NCBI GenBank assembly: GCA_041497895.1
Contig: JBGQHJ010000007.1
Coordinates: forward strand, 1 to 62,241
Source: Candidatus Methylomirabilia bacterium
Lineage (GTDB): Bacteria > Methylomirabilota > Methylomirabilia > Rokubacteriales > CSP1-6
Length of the DNA: 62,241 nucleotides
Reading direction: 5' to 3'
Under the pieces are notes generated by a model. The model was not told the origin of the DNA. It worked only from the letters and a program-made list of their open reading frames with translations, and did not search any database. Shown here piece after piece: positions 58,967 through 62,241 of the stretch (within the stretch, counting starts at the first letter, position 1; every line of letters starts with the position of its first letter). A program made the translations under genes and the position numbers.

Positions 58967-59260
58967 TCAGGACTTGCCGGTGGGCGAGGTGGCGGCCTTC
59001 TCGGCCTGCCCGTGGGCCTTGAACGTCCGGGTCAGGGCGAACTCGCCCAGCCGGTGGCCCACCATGTTCTCACTGATGTACACCGGGATGAACTTCTTCC
59101 CGTTGTGCACCGCGAGGGTGTGGCCCACGAACTCCGGCGAGATCGTCGAGCGTCGCGCCCAGGTCTTCAGCACCTTCTTCTGGCGCGTGCGATTCAGCTC
59201 GTCCACGCGCTTCTCGAGGCGCTGGTCGATGTACGGGCCCTTCCTCAGCGACCGTCCCAT
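58967..59260 (-). CDS. rpsS: 30S ribosomal protein S19
   Basis: [21 protein letters not shown]. Confidence 0.97.
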   Translation of the reverse strand: MGRSLRKGPYIDQRLEKRVDELNRTRQKKVLKTWARRSTISPEFVGHTLAVHNGKKFIPVYISENMVGHRLGEFALTRTFKAHGQAEKAATSPTGKS

Positions 59261-59278
59261 GGATTGTGCCCTCGCTCC

Positions 59279-60106
59279 CTATTTCGTCCGCCGGGTCACG
59301 ATGTAGCGATCGGACGGCCTCGCCCCGCGCCGCGTCTTGTAGCCCTTGGTCGGCTTGCCCCACGGGGTCATCGGGTGGTTGCCCTTGCCCTTGCCCTCGC
59401 CGCCGCCCATCGGGTGGTCCACCGGGTTCATCACGGTACCGCGCACCGTCGGGCGGAACCCCTTCCACCGCACGCGCCCCGCCTTGCCGATCGAGATGTT
59501 CTCGTGGTCCAGGTTGCCGACCTGGCCGATGGTGGCCATGCACTCGAGCTTGACCTGCCGCACCTCGCCGGAGGGCAGCTTGATGTTGGCGTGATCGCCT
59601 TCCTTCGCGAGCAGCTGGGCCAGCGTCCCCGCGCTCCGGCAGAGCTGCCCGCCCTTGCCCGGCTGCAGCTCCACGTTGTGCACGAGCGTGCCGAGCGGGA
59701 TGTTCCGGAGCGGCAGCGCGTTGCCGGGCAGGATGTCGGCCTGCGGCCCCGACATCACCACGTCGCCCGGCTTGAGCCCCAGCGGCGCGATGATGTACCG
59801 CTTCTCCCCGTCGCGATAATGGAGCAGCGCGATGCGGGCGGAGCGGTTCGGGTCGTACTCGATCCCCGCCACCTTGGCCGGGATGCCGAGCTTCTCCCGC
59901 CGGAAGTCCACGTCGCGGAGCATGCGCTTGACCCCGCCGCCGCGGTGCCGCACCGTGATGCGGCCGTAGACGTTCCGCCCGTTGGTCCGGTTGCCCTTGG
60001 TCCGGAGCAGGCTCTTCTCCGGCGTCTTCTTGGTGATCTCCTCGTTGGTGAGGAACGACATGTACCGTCGGGCCGGCGAGGTCGGCTTGACCGTGCGGAT
60101 TCCCAT
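59279..60106 (-). CDS. rplB: 50S ribosomal protein L2
   Basis: [30 protein letters not shown]. Confidence 0.97.
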   Translation of the reverse strand: MGIRTVKPTSPARRYMSFLTNEEITKKTPEKSLLRTKGNRTNGRNVYGRITVRHRGGGVKRMLRDVDFRREKLGIPAKVAGIEYDPNRSARIALLHYRDGEKRYIIAPLGLKPGDVVMSGPQADILPGNALPLRNIPLGTLVHNVELQPGKGGQLCRSAGTLAQLLAKEGDHANIKLPSGEVRQVKLECMATIGQVGNLDHENISIGKAGRVRWKGFRPTVRGTVMNPVDHPMGGGEGKGKGNHPMTPWGKPTKGYKTRRGARPSDRYIVTRRTK

Positions 60107-60110
60107 GGTC

Positions 60111-60401
60111 CTATGCGCCCTCCACGAGCTCGATCTTGTGACCGGGGGCGAGCGTGACCATCGCCTTCTTCCAGCTCCGGCGCCGTCCCTCGAACTTGCC
60201 CATGCGCTTCCACTTGCCCTCGCGGGCCTGGGTGCGCACGTCCGCGACCTTCACGTTGAAGACCTTCTCCACCGCGTGGCGGATCTCCACCTTGTTGGCG
60301 TCCACCGCCACCTCGAAGGTGATCATGTTGTGCGCTTCCTTCTGCTGCATGCTCTTCTCGGTCATCAGCGGCCGCACCAGCACCGACCGGGGGTCCCTCA
60401 T
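60111..60401 (-). CDS. rplW: 50S ribosomal protein L23
   Basis: ATG at 60401; [21 protein letters not shown]. Confidence 0.96.
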   Translation of the reverse strand: MRDPRSVLVRPLMTEKSMQQKEAHNMITFEVAVDANKVEIRHAVEKVFNVKVADVRTQAREGKWKRMGKFEGRRRSWKKAMVTLAPGHKIELVEGA

Positions 60402-61027
60402 GGCTTGAGCGTCTCCTGCAGCGTCAGCAGCGCCGCCTTCTCGAACACGAGCCGGTCGTTCCGGATCACCTGGTAGACCGACGTGTGCCCGGGCAGCTCC
60501 ACCGACAGCCACGGCACGTTGCGCGCGGCGCGGGTGAGCGCGTCGGTCACCTGGGCGACCACCAGCAGCGTGGGCTGGCCGTCGATGCCGAGCCCCTTCA
60601 GGCGCGTCGTCAGGGCCTTGGTCTTGGCCTCCGCGACCCCGAGGGTGTCCACCACCGACACGTGGCCGGCCCCGAGCTTGGCCGCCACCGCCTCGCGCAG
60701 CGCGGCGCGGCGCATCGAGGACGGCATCCGCTTGTCGTACTTGCGCGGCCGCGGGCCGAAAGGCTTGCCGCCGCCCTTCCACTGGGTGGCCCGGATCGAT
60801 CCCTGCCGCGCGCGGCCGGTACCCTTCTGCTTCCACGGCTTGCGCCCGCCGCCCCGGACCTCGCTGCGTCCGCGCGTCGAGTGCGTGCCGGCCCGCCGGG
60901 CGGCGAGCTCCTTCACCACCGCCTGGTGCAGCAGCGGCACCCGCGGAATGGCCCCGAACACGTCGTCGGACAGCTCGAGCGCCTGCTGCGACTTCCCCTT
61001 CGCGTCGACCACCGGCACGCTGGGCAT
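60398..61027 (-). CDS. rplD: 50S ribosomal protein L4
   Basis: ATG at 61027; [20 protein letters not shown]. Confidence 0.97.
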   Translation of the reverse strand: MPSVPVVDAKGKSQQALELSDDVFGAIPRVPLLHQAVVKELAARRAGTHSTRGRSEVRGGGRKPWKQKGTGRARQGSIRATQWKGGGKPFGPRPRKYDKRMPSSMRRAALREAVAAKLGAGHVSVVDTLGVAEAKTKALTTRLKGLGIDGQPTLLVVAQVTDALTRAARNVPWLSVELPGHTSVYQVIRNDRLVFEKAALLTLQETLKP

Positions 61028-61029
61028 CT

Positions 61030-61710
61030 CTACTTGGCCTCTTTCGCCTTCTGCTGCTGCGCCTTGGTCTGCTTCACGCTCTTGCGGATCACCACCAGCC
61101 CTCCGATGGCTCCCGGCACCGCGCCGCGGAGCAGGACCAGGTTCTGCTCCGGAATCACCCGCACCACCGCCACGTTGAGGACGGTGCGCCGGTCCGCCCC
61201 CATCCGGCCCGGCAGGTGATGGCCGGGCCAGACCCGCGACGGGTCCGAGGACGCGCCGATGGAGCCCGGCCGGCGATGGAACATCGAGCCGTGGGTCTCG
61301 TCGCCGCCGGCCCAGCCGTAGCGCCGCACACCGCCCTGGAAGCCCTTGCCCTTGGTGGTCCCCACCACGTCCACGAACTCGCCGGGCGTGAAGAGATCCA
61401 CCGTGAGGGTCTGGCCGACCTGGTAGGCGCTCACCGCCTCCGTCTTCTGGAGCCGGATCTCGCGCAGCACCCGCATCGCGGAGGCGACCCCCGCCTTCTT
61501 GTAGAGCCCCGCCATCGCCTTGGTGACGTTCTTCTTCCTCGGCTCGAACCCGAGCTGGAGGGCGTCGTAGCCGTGGGTGGGCTTGGTGCGGAGCCCCACC
61601 ACCGTGCAGGGGCCCGCCTCGACCACGGTCACCGGGATGAGATTGCCGTCCTCCCCGAAGACCTGGGTCATGCCCTTCTTCCGGCCGATCAACCCTTCCT
61701 TCATCGCCAT
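61030..61710 (-). CDS. rplC: 50S ribosomal protein L3
   Basis: [23 protein letters not shown]. Confidence 0.97.
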   Translation of the reverse strand: MAMKEGLIGRKKGMTQVFGEDGNLIPVTVVEAGPCTVVGLRTKPTHGYDALQLGFEPRKKNVTKAMAGLYKKAGVASAMRVLREIRLQKTEAVSAYQVGQTLTVDLFTPGEFVDVVGTTKGKGFQGGVRRYGWAGGDETHGSMFHRRPGSIGASSDPSRVWPGHHLPGRMGADRRTVLNVAVVRVIPEQNLVLLRGAVPGAIGGLVVIRKSVKQTKAQQQKAKEAK

Positions 61711-61740
61711 CGTGTGGGTTCCTATCTGATCTCTGGTATT

Positions 61741-61772
61741 CGCTCGTCTCGCCTGCGGCTGCGCCTCGCCAA
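61741..61772 (-). repeat. 32-bp dispersed intergenic element, copy 2
   Basis: 30/32 identical to 49933-49964. Confidence 0.85.
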
Positions 61773-61778
61773 ACCGGA

Positions 61779-62099
61779 CTAGAGCTTGATCTCGACGTCA
61801 ACGCCGCTCGGCAGATCGAGCTTCATCAGCGCGTCCACCGTCTGCGGGGTCGGGTCCAGGATGTCGATGAGCCGCTTGTGAGTCCGCATCTCGAACTGCT
61901 CGCGCGAGGTCTTGTCCACGTGCGGGGACCGCAGCACCGTCCACCGGTTGATGATGGTGGGCAGCAGCACCGGGCCCGTGACGCGCGCACCGGTCCGGCG
62001 CACCGTCTCCACGATCTCCTTCATGGACCGGTCGAGGAGATTGTGGTCGTACGCCTTGAGCCGGATGCGGATCTTCTGATCGGCGCTGACGGTGACCAT
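61779..62099 (-). CDS. rpsJ: 30S ribosomal protein S10
   Basis: [30 protein letters not shown]. Confidence 0.97.
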   Translation of the reverse strand: MVTVSADQKIRIRLKAYDHNLLDRSMKEIVETVRRTGARVTGPVLLPTIINRWTVLRSPHVDKTSREQFEMRTHKRLIDILDPTPQTVDALMKLDLPSGVDVEIKL

Positions 62100-62102
62100 G
62101 TC

Positions 62103-62241
62103 TTAGTCCACGATCTCCGCGACCACCCCGGCGCCCACCGTCCGCCCCCCCTCCCGAATCGCGAACCGCAGCTCCTTCTCCATCGCCACCGGCTGGATCA
62201 ACTCGATCGTCATCGTCACGTTGTCCCCCGGCATCACCATC
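62103..62241 (-). CDS. tuf: Elongation factor Tu, C-terminal fragment (partial)
   Basis: Hand translation: [45 protein letters not shown]. Confidence 0.96.
   Translation of the reverse strand, partial: MVMPGDNVTMTIELIQPVAMEKELRFAIREGGRTVGAGVVAEIVD

Overview
This is a very GC-rich bacterial chromosomal window. The gene content and style suggest Candidatus Rokubacteria / Methylomirabilota, but that is an unverified inference. From left to right: (1) 1-8445 (-), a nucleotide-sugar/surface-glycan operon with a stand-alone TPP E1 alpha/beta pair, a GT2, two SDRs, a reversed-order HldE-like enzyme, a Gfo/Idh/MocA oxidoreductase and a UDP-glucose dehydrogenase homologue lacking its catalytic Cys. 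(2) purE, then a CADD/PqqC-like diiron enzyme with a Rieske ferredoxin and a GlcG-family protein. (3) A TMTC-like glycosyltransferase, an SsuABC/TauABC-type ABC transporter, hydantoinase/oxoprolinase A (interrupted by one in-frame TAG) and B, and two more GT-C-like membrane proteins. (4) 22841-39126, the most unusual part: a roughly 15 kb operon, apparently sigma54-driven, that joins a Pil-Chp-type chemosensory pathway (PilH-like, CheW, Tat-exported binding protein, PilJ-like MCP, ChpA-like kinase) to a PatA/DUF4388-like pseudo-receiver, a receiver-roadblock fusion, a 1020-aa membrane-anchored scaffold with a duplicated unrecognised domain, MglA, MglB and PilB. Two further roadblock genes converge on it. 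(5) trxA, trpE, trpG, thiL, two CNNM/CorC genes, a 69-bp tandem repeat and a dienelactone hydrolase. (6) 46804-62241 (-), the S10-spc-alpha ribosomal superoperon from the end of tuf to rplQ, with a divergent rpoA and a 32-bp element found 6 nt after two different stop codons. No rRNA, tRNA, CRISPR array or transposase was recognised. All calls come from motif recognition by eye; no database searches were run.
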